Positions 8,503-16,128 of a stretch of DNA of 59,215 bases are shown in pieces. The stretch's first letter is position 1; each line of letters begins with the position of its first letter. Location of the stretch: IMG/VR virus record IMGVR_UViG_3300021961_000106, positions 1 to 59,215 of that record; one strand, 5' to 3'. Source of the DNA: a virus. Lineage: Duplodnaviria > Caudoviricetes. The notes under the pieces are model-generated. The model was not told the origin of the DNA, did not search any database, and saw nothing but the letters and a program-made list of their open reading frames with translations. Both the position numbers and the translations under genes were made by a program.

Positions 8503-8551
8503 TCAAACTGATGAGTCCTAAATGGACGAAACGCCTACGGGCGTCTTTGAC
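8502..8551 (+). ncRNA. Hammerhead ribozyme (type I)
   Basis: Stem I GTCAAA/TTTGAC; core CTGATGA; stem II GTCC/GGAC; GAAA; stem III ACGCC/GGCGT; GTC cleavage triplet (cut after 8545). Confidence 0.92.
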
Positions 8552-8566
8552 ATAACCCTAAACATT

Positions 8567-9067
8567 ATGAAAGCAATCAAAATCACCCCCGACCAATTAC
8601 GCCAAGAGCCACCAAGAGCCTACAACCCCAAGGAATGGGACGCCTCTGTCGACAGGATGCTGAAGTATGGCGATGTCATCTTCTACAAGGTAGACAAGGC
8701 CGATGGGGCCTATGGATGGGATAAGTACTATGCCGAGTACACCATCCCCGAAGGCATCCGACTCCTAGGCCAATTCAGTTACGGAGGCGCCATCACCAAC
8801 GGCGGCTTCTATCAACTACACAAATCCCAAAAGACTCCCGACGGCCGCGGGCTCGAGCAGGTGCTAGACCTAGCACAAGAGGGCAAGATGGACGAGGCTA
8901 AGGCCCTAATGGTCGAGATAGAAAAATCCGATGTAGTCGAGTTGATGCTAGGCACATTCCAAAACGAACACGGCGAAGAATGCCTAATCGGAACTAGCAA
9001 GGAAGCGAGAGCCGACATGGCTGAGCGCTCTAGAAAGTACGGCTCCGTCTTCACCAAGGGGTTCTAA
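8567..9067 (+). CDS. Early hypothetical protein (166 aa)
   Basis: Start reset to MKAIKIT because the track ATG lies inside the ribozyme. Confidence 0.7.
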   Translation: MKAIKITPDQLRQEPPRAYNPKEWDASVDRMLKYGDVIFYKVDKADGAYGWDKYYAEYTIPEGIRLLGQFSYGGAITNGGFYQLHKSQKTPDGRGLEQVLDLAQEGKMDEAKALMVEIEKSDVVELMLGTFQNEHGEECLIGTSKEARADMAERSRKYGSVFTKGF

Positions 9068-9073
9068 CCCCCA

Positions 9074-9123
9074 TCCCCTGTCTACACCGGTAGCGAGCAG
9101 AGCGAGACTGCACAGGGGAGCCA
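9074..9123 (+). ncRNA. Mini-tRNA mimic 2
   Basis: TCCCCTGT/ACAGGGGA 8 bp, GCAG/CTGC 4 bp, loop AGCGAGA, then G-CCA; inner hairpin CTAC/GTAG. Confidence 0.7.
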
Positions 9124-9128
9124 CCATT

Positions 9129-9353
9129 ATGAAAATCAAGACATTTAACATCGGAGAGTATGCCATCGGAGGCAGAGTACAGGTCGAGAGACTAGGTAAT
9201 GGCACCTATCGGGTGCGCTGCTTAGATTGGGACACGAGAAAGTTAGTGCACGATGCACTATGCTCAGACCTTAACGACCTACAATCACACCTAGAGCAAG
9301 AGGTAACATCTTGCTATTGGGCAGATGAGATTTACAATCACTTCAAAAAGTAA
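9129..9353 (+). CDS. Early hypothetical protein
   Basis: 74-aa ORF in a packed operon. Confidence 0.65.
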   Translation: MKIKTFNIGEYAIGGRVQVERLGNGTYRVRCLDWDTRKLVHDALCSDLNDLQSHLEQEVTSCYWADEIYNHFKK

Positions 9354-9358
9354 CCATT

Positions 9359-9526
9359 ATGAAATTCTTTTTAATTAATGACGGCCGCGTAATCGAGGCC
9401 AAGAGCAAGGTAGAAGCCCTTCGCTCAGCAGGCTATGACCTAATTTATTGGCAAGGCATGACCCCATACGCACAAAAGTGGGGCATCTATCCAAAACGAG
9501 TAATCGCTAAACAATACAAACCATGA
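9359..9526 (+). CDS. Early hypothetical protein (55 aa)
   Basis: Manual read MKFFLINDGRVIEAKSK...; ATGA overlap with the next ORF. Confidence 0.6.
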   Translation: MKFFLINDGRVIEAKSKVEALRSAGYDLIYWQGMTPYAQKWGIYPKRVIAKQYKP

Positions 9527-9726
9527 AACCAATTAAACTAACAGCCCTAGGCGGAGGCGATGTCTTCGTCAACCCCAATCAAATCGGCCACATCTGCGTC
9601 ATTACTGACCTGTTGGACAAAAAGACCTACACTATCGTGGGAGTCACTACTCACAACAACGGCGGCCTAAAGATAAAGGAGACGCCCGAGCAAATCATTA
9701 AACTAATTGAACAAACAAACCAATAA
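9523..9726 (+). CDS. Small FlbD/SwrD-like beta-domain protein
   Basis: IKLT......VFVNPNQI......IKETPEQI pattern. Confidence 0.5.
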   Translation: MKPIKLTALGGGDVFVNPNQIGHICVITDLLDKKTYTIVGVTTHNNGGLKIKETPEQIIKLIEQTNQ

Positions 9727-9732
9727 ACAACC

Positions 9733-9825
9733 ATGAACCAAGATTTAAAAGAAACCCTCATCGGCTTTTCAGCCATCATCGCGCTAGGCGTGGCATGTTT
9801 AATCACCTTAATCATTTTCGCATGA
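9733..9825 (+). CDS. 30-aa membrane peptide
   Basis: MNQDLKETLIGFSAIIALGVACLITLIIFA; ATGA overlap with the next ORF. Confidence 0.5.
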   Translation: MNQDLKETLIGFSAIIALGVACLITLIIFA

Positions 9826-10190
9826 ACAAGCGCATTTTAGCAATCAGCCTAGGGCTCAACCTTATCCTGTTGGGCTCTAGTTTCACGAGTGACGCAAGGT
9901 CTCGCATCATCAGCAACCTAGAAGACCTACGCGAATGGATGGAGCAAGACTTCGAGGCGGCTCTCGACCACGGCGACACCGGTACGGCTGAGCACCTTGC
10001 TCAGTACATGGAGACAATCGAAGAGACGCTAGAGCACGCCTACGACAAGCCCATCGAGCAACCCGAGTTCAACCACTTCGTATACACAAAGGACGCCAAG
10101 GTCGTGACCGACAGCGCCGGCAATGTGAACTGCGTATGGGTAGACGGACAACCTTACACCTTAGACCTAACAATACTAGAAAACTTATGA
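9822..10190 (+). CDS. Membrane-anchored or exported acidic protein
   Basis: N-terminal MNKRILAISLGLNLILLG hydrophobic segment. Confidence 0.6.
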   Translation: MNKRILAISLGLNLILLGSSFTSDARSRIISNLEDLREWMEQDFEAALDHGDTGTAEHLAQYMETIEETLEHAYDKPIEQPEFNHFVYTKDAKVVTDSAGNVNCVWVDGQPYTLDLTILENL

Positions 10191-10489
10191 AAACCACAAC
10201 AGGAGCCCTAGGCAACACGGGCATGCATTCAAACGGAGGCGGAGGCGTAATCGCTGAGCGTCGCAGACCCGAACTATTCTTCCGAGACGAGACAGGCCAC
10301 ACTCAGTACCTGTGCCCAAACAATGATGTCCACTACGACAACGACGGCAACCCGTACTTGCTAGTCAAACTCGACAGGTTCCGTCAGTTCATGGCCTACC
10401 TAGACTTGACAGGCCAAGACATTGACGACGTGTGCTACGGATACATGGGTAGGGTAGGGGACGCTGTTCGTGTCGACATCCACTTCTAA
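10187..10489 (+). CDS. Early hypothetical protein
   Basis: Start MKTTTG overlaps the upstream stop (ATGA). Confidence 0.6.
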   Translation: MKTTTGALGNTGMHSNGGGGVIAERRRPELFFRDETGHTQYLCPNNDVHYDNDGNPYLLVKLDRFRQFMAYLDLTGQDIDDVCYGYMGRVGDAVRVDIHF

Positions 10490-10496
10490 CATTTGC

Positions 10497-10542
10497 TCCC
10501 GCCATGGTGCATGGCTTGGTTCGACTCCAAGCGCGGGACCCA
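10497..10542 (+). ncRNA. Mini-tRNA mimic 3
   Basis: TCCCGC/GCGGGA 6 bp, GCTTGG/CCAAGC 6 bp, loop TTCGACT, then C-CCA; inner hairpin CATG/CATG. Confidence 0.75.
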
Positions 10543-10559
10543 ACCTAAACTAAAATATT

Positions 10560-10931
10560 ATGAACAACGAGACAACAAAATTCACCTACCTAGTAGAGAT
10601 TAACGGAAACCTTGAATACCTCCTCATGACAGAGGGGCAGTTCCTAAATTACAGGTCATTAAAATATGGTGACAAGACCTGTGAGGAGTTTAATGTCGTA
10701 AGCAAGGAGCCATTCATCGACCCAAGAAACAAGACAAGATGGCATTTCACCATAGAGCGCACATTTAAGACTCGCCTTTCAGTAATGGCATCTGATGCAG
10801 AGGAGGCTAAGCAACTATTCTCTGACATGACTTTTGATGAGCTTCTAGAACAAGAAAGAGCCCAATATCATGTAACATCAACGCAAGTGCGTGTGACAAA
10901 CTTTGAAAGCGGCGCTGACTTTGAATTATAA
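10560..10931 (+). CDS. Early hypothetical protein (C-terminal DpnD/PcfM-like V.A.D.EEA motif)
   Basis: 123 aa; ...LSVMASDAEEAK... Confidence 0.55.
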   Translation: MNNETTKFTYLVEINGNLEYLLMTEGQFLNYRSLKYGDKTCEEFNVVSKEPFIDPRNKTRWHFTIERTFKTRLSVMASDAEEAKQLFSDMTFDELLEQERAQYHVTSTQVRVTNFESGADFEL

Positions 10932-10944
10932 TAAACACATAATC

Positions 10945-11130
10945 ATGAACTACGAATTCATCATTTGGCATACCTTCTCTACCCGTGTGGTAGTAGATGC
11001 TGACAACGAAGATGAGGCCTTGGAGCACATCAAACTCATGGACAAAATGGGTAACCTAGACAACCTAATGCTAGAGCAAAACGACTTGGTCGACAAGACC
11101 ATCGAGAGCCGAGGCGAGATAAACAACTAA
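10945..11130 (+). CDS. Small protein with V.VDADNEDEA motif
   Basis: Start MNYEF; resembles the C-terminal part of the previous ORF. Confidence 0.55.
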   Translation: MNYEFIIWHTFSTRVVVDADNEDEALEHIKLMDKMGNLDNLMLEQNDLVDKTIESRGEINN

Positions 11131-11135
11131 TCATT

Positions 11136-11420
11136 ATGAAAATCAAAGACATTCGATCCTTGCAACAGGAGATTGGCTACGCGCCACTCCAACGACTAGT
11201 AGACACAGGACAGGCGTGGCACATGGAAGGCTCAACGGGCCGCCTGTGCATGAGCCTTCTTAAGGTAGGCGCCCTGTTCTTGCCGCGCAAAGACTTCCGC
11301 GATGCCTATGGCAACATAGTCCCATCACGGACAAAACTCAAGGCCGGCACGACAGGCACGCTAGAACTATCAATCCAATACTACACCAACAAACTATTCG
11401 CAACCGATGAGAGCATCTAA
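11136..11420 (+). CDS. Early hypothetical protein
   Basis: Q.LVDTG.AW.MEG..GR motif. Confidence 0.65.
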   Translation: MKIKDIRSLQQEIGYAPLQRLVDTGQAWHMEGSTGRLCMSLLKVGALFLPRKDFRDAYGNIVPSRTKLKAGTTGTLELSIQYYTNKLFATDESI

Positions 11421-11604
11421 ACTAATCAGACAACTTCAAGAGATTGCCGACGAGCACGGCCTGTCTCTAGACGACATCAACGTGAACTTCCGCTACGACT
11501 ACAATAGCGATGTTCATAACATCAACCACGTGTTCGAGGACCTGTACGACGAGAAGACAGGGACCATCCTCGAGAGCATCAGCCTACTAGCAGAATTTGA
11601 CTAA
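11407..11604 (+). CDS. Early acidic hypothetical protein
   Basis: Packed ORF. Confidence 0.6.
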   Translation: MRASKLIRQLQEIADEHGLSLDDINVNFRYDYNSDVHNINHVFEDLYDEKTGTILESISLLAEFD

Positions 11605-11836
11605 CATGGAACTGAAACAATTTGAACAACTGCTAGAGAGACAAGGCGCTCGCATCATGCGTAATGATGGACGACTAATCTTCATCAACGCAGAGGCAAC
11701 GCCCGACCTGTTTGACTATTGGGACGAAGAGTTCTTTGTATTGGGTGTTCACCCCGAAATGCAAGCCATTGCCGATGATAACGGATGGTACTTTGAGTGG
11801 GAGAATGCCGGCACAATTGTCGCTGTTCCTGACTAG
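11597..11836 (+). CDS. Early acidic hypothetical protein
   Basis: GVHP......GWY.EWENAGT motif. Confidence 0.6.
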   Translation: MTNMELKQFEQLLERQGARIMRNDGRLIFINAEATPDLFDYWDEEFFVLGVHPEMQAIADDNGWYFEWENAGTIVAVPD

Positions 11837-11843
11837 ACAAACA

Positions 11844-11891
11844 TCCCCGACCCTAAGAAGGCGCGCCGAGCAAGACGGCAACGGGGAACCA
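11844..11891 (+). ncRNA. Mini-tRNA mimic 4
   Basis: TCCCCG/CGGGGA 6 bp, two unpaired positions, GCCG/CGGC 4 bp, loop AGCAAGA, then A-CCA; ATG 2 nt later. Confidence 0.6.
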
Positions 11892-11893
11892 CT

Positions 11894-12148
11894 ATGAATA
11901 AAAAACAATCAATCCAAATCATTAAGAGCGGGAAGTTCTTCTCCTGTGAGTTCATCAAGAAAGACGGAAGCGTTCGACACCTTCGTGGTCGCTCCGGAGT
12001 AACCAAAGGCCTCAAGCCAAACGCTGGTCCACGACCATACGACGCCTCTAAACTAGGCTACCTGTGCGTGTGGGACTTGGACGCCAAGAACTACCGGCTA
12101 ATTAACCTTCAAACCTTAACCAAAGTAAATCAAATCAAAGTAAAATGA
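11894..12148 (+). CDS. SH3/Sm-like beta-barrel protein (WYL_2/DUF2693-like)
   Basis: F.KKDGS.R...G......WDLD...YR..N pattern. Confidence 0.65.
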   Translation: MNKKQSIQIIKSGKFFSCEFIKKDGSVRHLRGRSGVTKGLKPNAGPRPYDASKLGYLCVWDLDAKNYRLINLQTLTKVNQIKVK

Positions 12149-12510
12149 GCAACCTATTATCACTTACCCGAAACGCTGAGACCAACAAGACAGGGTTCAG
12201 TTACAACCTCAACACAGGGGACGAGGCACCAAGCCACGGCTACATGGTGTCAATGGAAGGCCACGAGACAAAGGTCGACGAGGGCCAAGACCTAGTTCAA
12301 CAAACTAAAATCTACATCATGTTTAATGCCGACACACTATATGACGGCGAGGTGTATTTGGGATGTTGGTGGGACCCAGAGACACGGGCATGGTACCTTG
12401 ACATGAGCCTCCACTTCGAGACAAAAGAGGAGGCGATGGCCTATGGTCTGAGAGAAAACCAACGATCGATTTGGGACCTAGAGAATGACGAATCAATCAA
12501 CCTGTCCTAA
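12145..12510 (+). CDS. Hypothetical protein (G.W.D....YLD.S....EEA...G...Q..IWDL family)
   Basis: 121 aa; paralogous to the C-terminal half of 13140..13805. Confidence 0.65.
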   Translation: MSNLLSLTRNAETNKTGFSYNLNTGDEAPSHGYMVSMEGHETKVDEGQDLVQQTKIYIMFNADTLYDGEVYLGCWWDPETRAWYLDMSLHFETKEEAMAYGLRENQRSIWDLENDESINLS

Positions 12511-12526
12511 TTACTAGACACTAAGT

Positions 12527-12770
12527 AATGTCAGAGAATTGTCACAGAAATGTCACGCTTATGTCAGGCGAATGCTGTTTCACGGTTTCACGCACAAAAC
12601 AGCATCGTTCAGCATCGGCTTTAGCACTCTGTAACTCTCTGACTTTCTTTATCTTAACTCTTAAAATGCTGAAATGCTAAAAAAATCTAGAAATCTAGAA
12701 AAAATAAAAAAGTAAAAAAGTAAAAAAATATATTTAGAAAAAGAGACATTCAAAACTACATTTCTACATC
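12527..12770. repeat. AT-rich origin-like element, copy B (inverted relative to A)
   Basis: TGTCA at 12529/12540/12551/12562 (11-bp phase), A-tracts, and blocks shared with 7027-7225 in reverse complement. Confidence 0.55.
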
Positions 12771-13007
12771 ATGACACAAGAACTAATTCAACACATCGAG
12801 TCGCATGATTCATTGGTGGCAATAGCCGACCAAGTATGCGACAGGGTTTTCTTCAAGGACCTCGACCGGTTTGATGCCGCGTTCGAGATTCGTCACAGAC
12901 TCAACCAAGCCTTCGACATGGACTCTGACCTATGGCATTCAGTTCGTGGCGTAGACTTCGTAGAGGTCATCGAACACTTTATGGATAAGAACTATGAGAA
13001 CTATTAA
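12771..13007 (+). CDS. Hypothetical protein
   Basis: 78-aa ORF. Confidence 0.6.
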   Translation: MTQELIQHIESHDSLVAIADQVCDRVFFKDLDRFDAAFEIRHRLNQAFDMDSDLWHSVRGVDFVEVIEHFMDKNYENY

Positions 13008-13161
13008 AGCAATAATCAAATGGTACCTGCACCGCAGGTGGGCACGCAAGAATCGAATCGTTGAGGTGCCACCACGACCATGCCCACAACGGGACAAACA
13101 GATTGACGGATTCGAAGAATTTACTAAAAACCTAGAAGAATGGAGATTAAAGAAGAGATAA
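12994..13161 (+). CDS. Hypothetical 55-aa protein
   Basis: Manual read MRTIKAIIKWYLHRRW...; fills the gap. Confidence 0.45.
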   Translation: MRTIKAIIKWYLHRRWARKNRIVEVPPRPCPQRDKQIDGFEEFTKNLEEWRLKKR

Positions 13162-13805
13162 GAAAAGCGATACGTAGAGAGACAGGCCTGAGCGCAAGTT
13201 TCATCATTCGCTCAACTAGCCGACAGCGAGAGTTCGTCATCATCAGAAGCATACTCATGCACATTCTGAGAGAAGAGGGGCACACGTTCAAGAAGATTGG
13301 CAAGATGTTCAAGCGAGACCACTCGACCATCATCCACGGATGCAACAGCTTTGACATGTGGGTGCAACTACCCAAGCAGTACAAAGAAGAGAACAGACTA
13401 ATTAAACTACTACTCGATCCCGATCGAAAGCAAAAAACAAATTCAATGAGTAACCTATTAACATTCCACCGGACAATCATGGACAAGGGCGAGGCCCTGT
13501 ACAACATGGAGACACAAGAGTTTAACCCAACAAGCGGGTTCTTCGTAGGCTTAGGCATACGACAGGCCAAGAAACTATCTGACTATTCATTCGAGGACAT
13601 ATTCGAGCCGTCATCCATCATCGTCAAGCACATGCGCCTGCTAGAGGACGACAGCGTGTTCTTGCGTGGACGCATCATCGAGGACTCAATCGAGTTAGAC
13701 ATTGTTCAGGAGTGCCCTGTGTTTAAGGACGCCGTAGACGTAGCCCTTGAGCATCGCATCCGCACCATCTATGACGCATCAACAGGACTGGAGGTGAGCA
13801 TATGA
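13140..13805 (+). CDS. DnaA C-terminal-type HTH protein fused to a paralogue of 12145..12510
   Basis: SRQREFVIIRSILMHILRE...KIGKMFKRDHSTIIHG is the Bac_DnaA_C signature; second half begins MSNLL. Confidence 0.75.
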   Translation: MEIKEEIRKAIRRETGLSASFIIRSTSRQREFVIIRSILMHILREEGHTFKKIGKMFKRDHSTIIHGCNSFDMWVQLPKQYKEENRLIKLLLDPDRKQKTNSMSNLLTFHRTIMDKGEALYNMETQEFNPTSGFFVGLGIRQAKKLSDYSFEDIFEPSSIIVKHMRLLEDDSVFLRGRIIEDSIELDIVQECPVFKDAVDVALEHRIRTIYDASTGLEVSI

Positions 13806-13969
13806 CGCCTCCCAGTGTGTTCGGACACCTACTGGTGTCGCTAGCCAAGAGCGCACTGCGCATTGCCGGATGCTTAATCGTCATGATTGCTGGCGCTGAG
13901 TATGTCGTTTTCATGGCCATGCTGTTTTTATTTGCCGAGGCCCTTGGAGTATTGGAGGAACTGGTATGA
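13802..13969 (+). CDS. Small two-TM membrane protein (55 aa)
   Basis: Manual read ...H..VSLAKSALRIAGC...FAEALGVLEELV; ATGA overlaps on both sides. Confidence 0.6.
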   Translation: MTPPSVFGHLLVSLAKSALRIAGCLIVMIAGAEYVVFMAMLFLFAEALGVLEELV

Positions 13970-14463
13970 TTACTGGTGAGCAACTATGGCGAAGCGTGTC
14001 GCTGAGTGAGCCTGTGTTTCAGCATGCTGGCCACCACTTCGTCATCAACTATGGGCTCAAGGTATTGCGCAACGACAGGACAGGTGAGATTCACATGCGC
14101 AACACTAGAGTCGGAGGTGACTTCTATGGTCCTGTGGCTGACTATCAGTACCTGTGGGTCTTTACGTATGGCTTTGAGATTGGAGCAAGGCTCATCGCCA
14201 TTGATACCATCGTCAATACCATCAGCAGCATAAACAGCCTTATTCAAAATTCAAGAGGTAACTCACTTGACAAACTAAGGAGCTACCGATCAAACTTAAT
14301 TAAACAAATAATAAAAGAACATGAAAAAATTAATGATTTACAACGAAGAGAACTTAACGATGACGCCGGCCAGAAACTGCAGGCGCTTATTGCTAACATC
14401 ATTACTGGCGAACGTGGGGCTTTTGGCTTGCTTATTGATGAGCCCAGACTCTCAGAGAGTTAA
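13966..14463 (+). CDS. Hypothetical protein
   Basis: 165 aa; 3' end overlaps the next ORF in another frame. Confidence 0.55.
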   Translation: MITGEQLWRSVSLSEPVFQHAGHHFVINYGLKVLRNDRTGEIHMRNTRVGGDFYGPVADYQYLWVFTYGFEIGARLIAIDTIVNTISSINSLIQNSRGNSLDKLRSYRSNLIKQIIKEHEKINDLQRRELNDDAGQKLQALIANIITGERGAFGLLIDEPRLSES

Positions 14464-14830
14464 AAAAGAAATCGTCCATATCTTTCACCGAGACACGTTC
14501 AAGGTCGACCCCATGCCATTGACTGACTCAGCCATCACTGCTGAATTGGTAGGACTTGGATGCGTCCTTCCAAACGTGGCGTTGGCTCAATTCAAGTTAG
14601 AGACAGGTCACTTCCGCTCTGCCATATGCCGAGAGAACTTCAACTTGGCTGGCATCAAGACCAGCCGATCCAAGTATGTCATTGGGAAGAACCGAGACCA
14701 CTGCGTGTACCGATCCTATCGTGACTGCCTGAAGGACTACGTCAGAATCCAGAACCGATACCTGAAGAACATTGACGGCAAGTATGCTGCGCCTGGTAAG
14801 TATGTCGAACGCATAACGCAAGTCAAATGA
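14321..14830 (+). CDS. Membrane-anchored glucosaminidase (GH73-like) peptidoglycan hydrolase
   Basis: ALAQFKLETG..NLAGIK..Y.SY..C.KDY..YA....Y motifs plus an N-terminal TM segment. Confidence 0.7.
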   Translation: MKKLMIYNEENLTMTPARNCRRLLLTSLLANVGLLACLLMSPDSQRVKKEIVHIFHRDTFKVDPMPLTDSAITAELVGLGCVLPNVALAQFKLETGHFRSAICRENFNLAGIKTSRSKYVIGKNRDHCVYRSYRDCLKDYVRIQNRYLKNIDGKYAAPGKYVERITQVK

Positions 14831-15225
14831 ACCACAAACACTACATGCAAATCGCAAACATTGTGGCCAGTGCGTCGTACTGTAACAGGGCACAAGTTGG
14901 TTCAATCATTGTGAAGGATGGCAACATCATTGCCATTGGATACAATGGCACACCTTCAGGTTGGCCGAACATCTGCGAAGATGATAGTGGAAAGACAGAG
15001 GAGTGGGTGCTACACGCGGAGTCAAACGCCATTGCCAAATGCGCAAGGGCTGGCTACTCAAGCGATGGTGCTTCAATTTACGCGACGCATTCACCTTGCG
15101 TAGAGTGCGCCAAGTTGATTGTTCAAGCTGGTATTGCAAAAGTTTATTACGGACAAATTTACCGTTGCACAAAAGGTCTCGGTATATTAATATTGCATGG
15201 CATTGATTGCGAACAAGTTATATGA
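14827..15225 (+). CDS. dCMP deaminase
   Basis: GYNGTPSG, HAESNAI and SPCVEC zinc motifs. Confidence 0.92.
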   Translation: MNHKHYMQIANIVASASYCNRAQVGSIIVKDGNIIAIGYNGTPSGWPNICEDDSGKTEEWVLHAESNAIAKCARAGYSSDGASIYATHSPCVECAKLIVQAGIAKVYYGQIYRCTKGLGILILHGIDCEQVI

Positions 15226-15377
15226 ACATCAGAATTGTAGAAGCCAAAGTAAACGGCATCCCTTTGTGGAGGGTCTATGTCAACCAAAATGTTGAGGCCA
15301 CATTCCCAACATATGAGGCAGCCCTAAAGTACGCCAAGGACCGGTCAAGATTTGGAGATGATAATTCCGTCACTTAA
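15222..15377 (+). CDS. Hypothetical 51-aa protein (paralogue of 17306..17458)
   Basis: MNIRIVEAKVNGIPLWRVYVNQNVEATFPTYEAALKYA. Confidence 0.65.
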   Translation: MNIRIVEAKVNGIPLWRVYVNQNVEATFPTYEAALKYAKDRSRFGDDNSVT

Positions 15378-15656
15378 CTGACGCTATTTAGCTAAACTCC
15401 GTCAGTCTGGGCTATATATCGGTCATTTATAGCCCAGATTTGACCGATAAAGTCTCATTAAAGGCATAAAAACATGGTCAAATATGACCTATAAAACAAC
15501 ATTATGGCCCAAGGCTGACCTATATGCAAATAAGTATAATTAAACCTATAAGTTTAAAATAAGCGTTAAAACATATACCCGAACGTGAACAAATGGGCGC
15601 AAATGATTAAAAATAGGCGCAGATTAACCCGAACGGGAACAACACCAAAGCGAGAA

Positions 15657-15869
15657 ATGAAAACACCAATGCAAGAACTATTGGAGTGGGTTAGAACAAC
15701 CCTACCAATGGATTTAGATACATCAAGAATGATTGAGGCAAAGATTGAGTCAATGCTTGAGAAAGAGAAGGAGGTGATTATGAATGCTTATATATTTGGC
15801 ATTCAAGATGAATATGTAATTGGCTCACAAAGATATTATAACGAAACCTTTAACACCAAAGAGAAATGA
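15657..15869 (+). CDS. Cassette ORF (MKTPMQEL...EKE.I..AY...YYNETFNTKEK)
   Basis: Starts and ends within J motifs. Confidence 0.7.
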   Translation: MKTPMQELLEWVRTTLPMDLDTSRMIEAKIESMLEKEKEVIMNAYIFGIQDEYVIGSQRYYNETFNTKEK

Positions 15870-16075
15870 CACAACAAGAAAGAACATCATCAATAAGATT
15901 GGATGAGGTGAAGATAACCCTACCAATCGTGTGGAGTTCAAGGAAATCAAAGATATATTCTTTGATACTAAGGGACTCAGCGGGAGTATACCATTATTTT
16001 AATCCCGATGGTACTTATGATGGGTATTCGTCAGATCCACATATAGATGGAATGACGGGACAAAGTTTGAATTAA
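15866..16075 (+). CDS. Cassette ORF, hypothetical
   Basis: Starts in J; its stop lies in the next J. Confidence 0.6.
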   Translation: MTQQERTSSIRLDEVKITLPIVWSSRKSKIYSLILRDSAGVYHYFNPDGTYDGYSSDPHIDGMTGQSLN

Positions 16076-16087
16076 CACCAAAGAGAA

Positions 16088-16128
16088 ATGAAAACACCAA
16101 TAACAAAACATACGGAGGTAACAAATGA
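16088..16128 (+). pseudogene. Empty or deleted cassette remnant
   Basis: First 23 nt match the start of ORF 16517 (one mismatch), joined through AAACA to the last 23 nt of the same ORF. Confidence 0.6.

Noticed and set aside
8247-11891. Calling the four T-loop elements true tRNA genes
   Set aside because: Only 46-50 nt long, with no anticodon arm and no full D arm.
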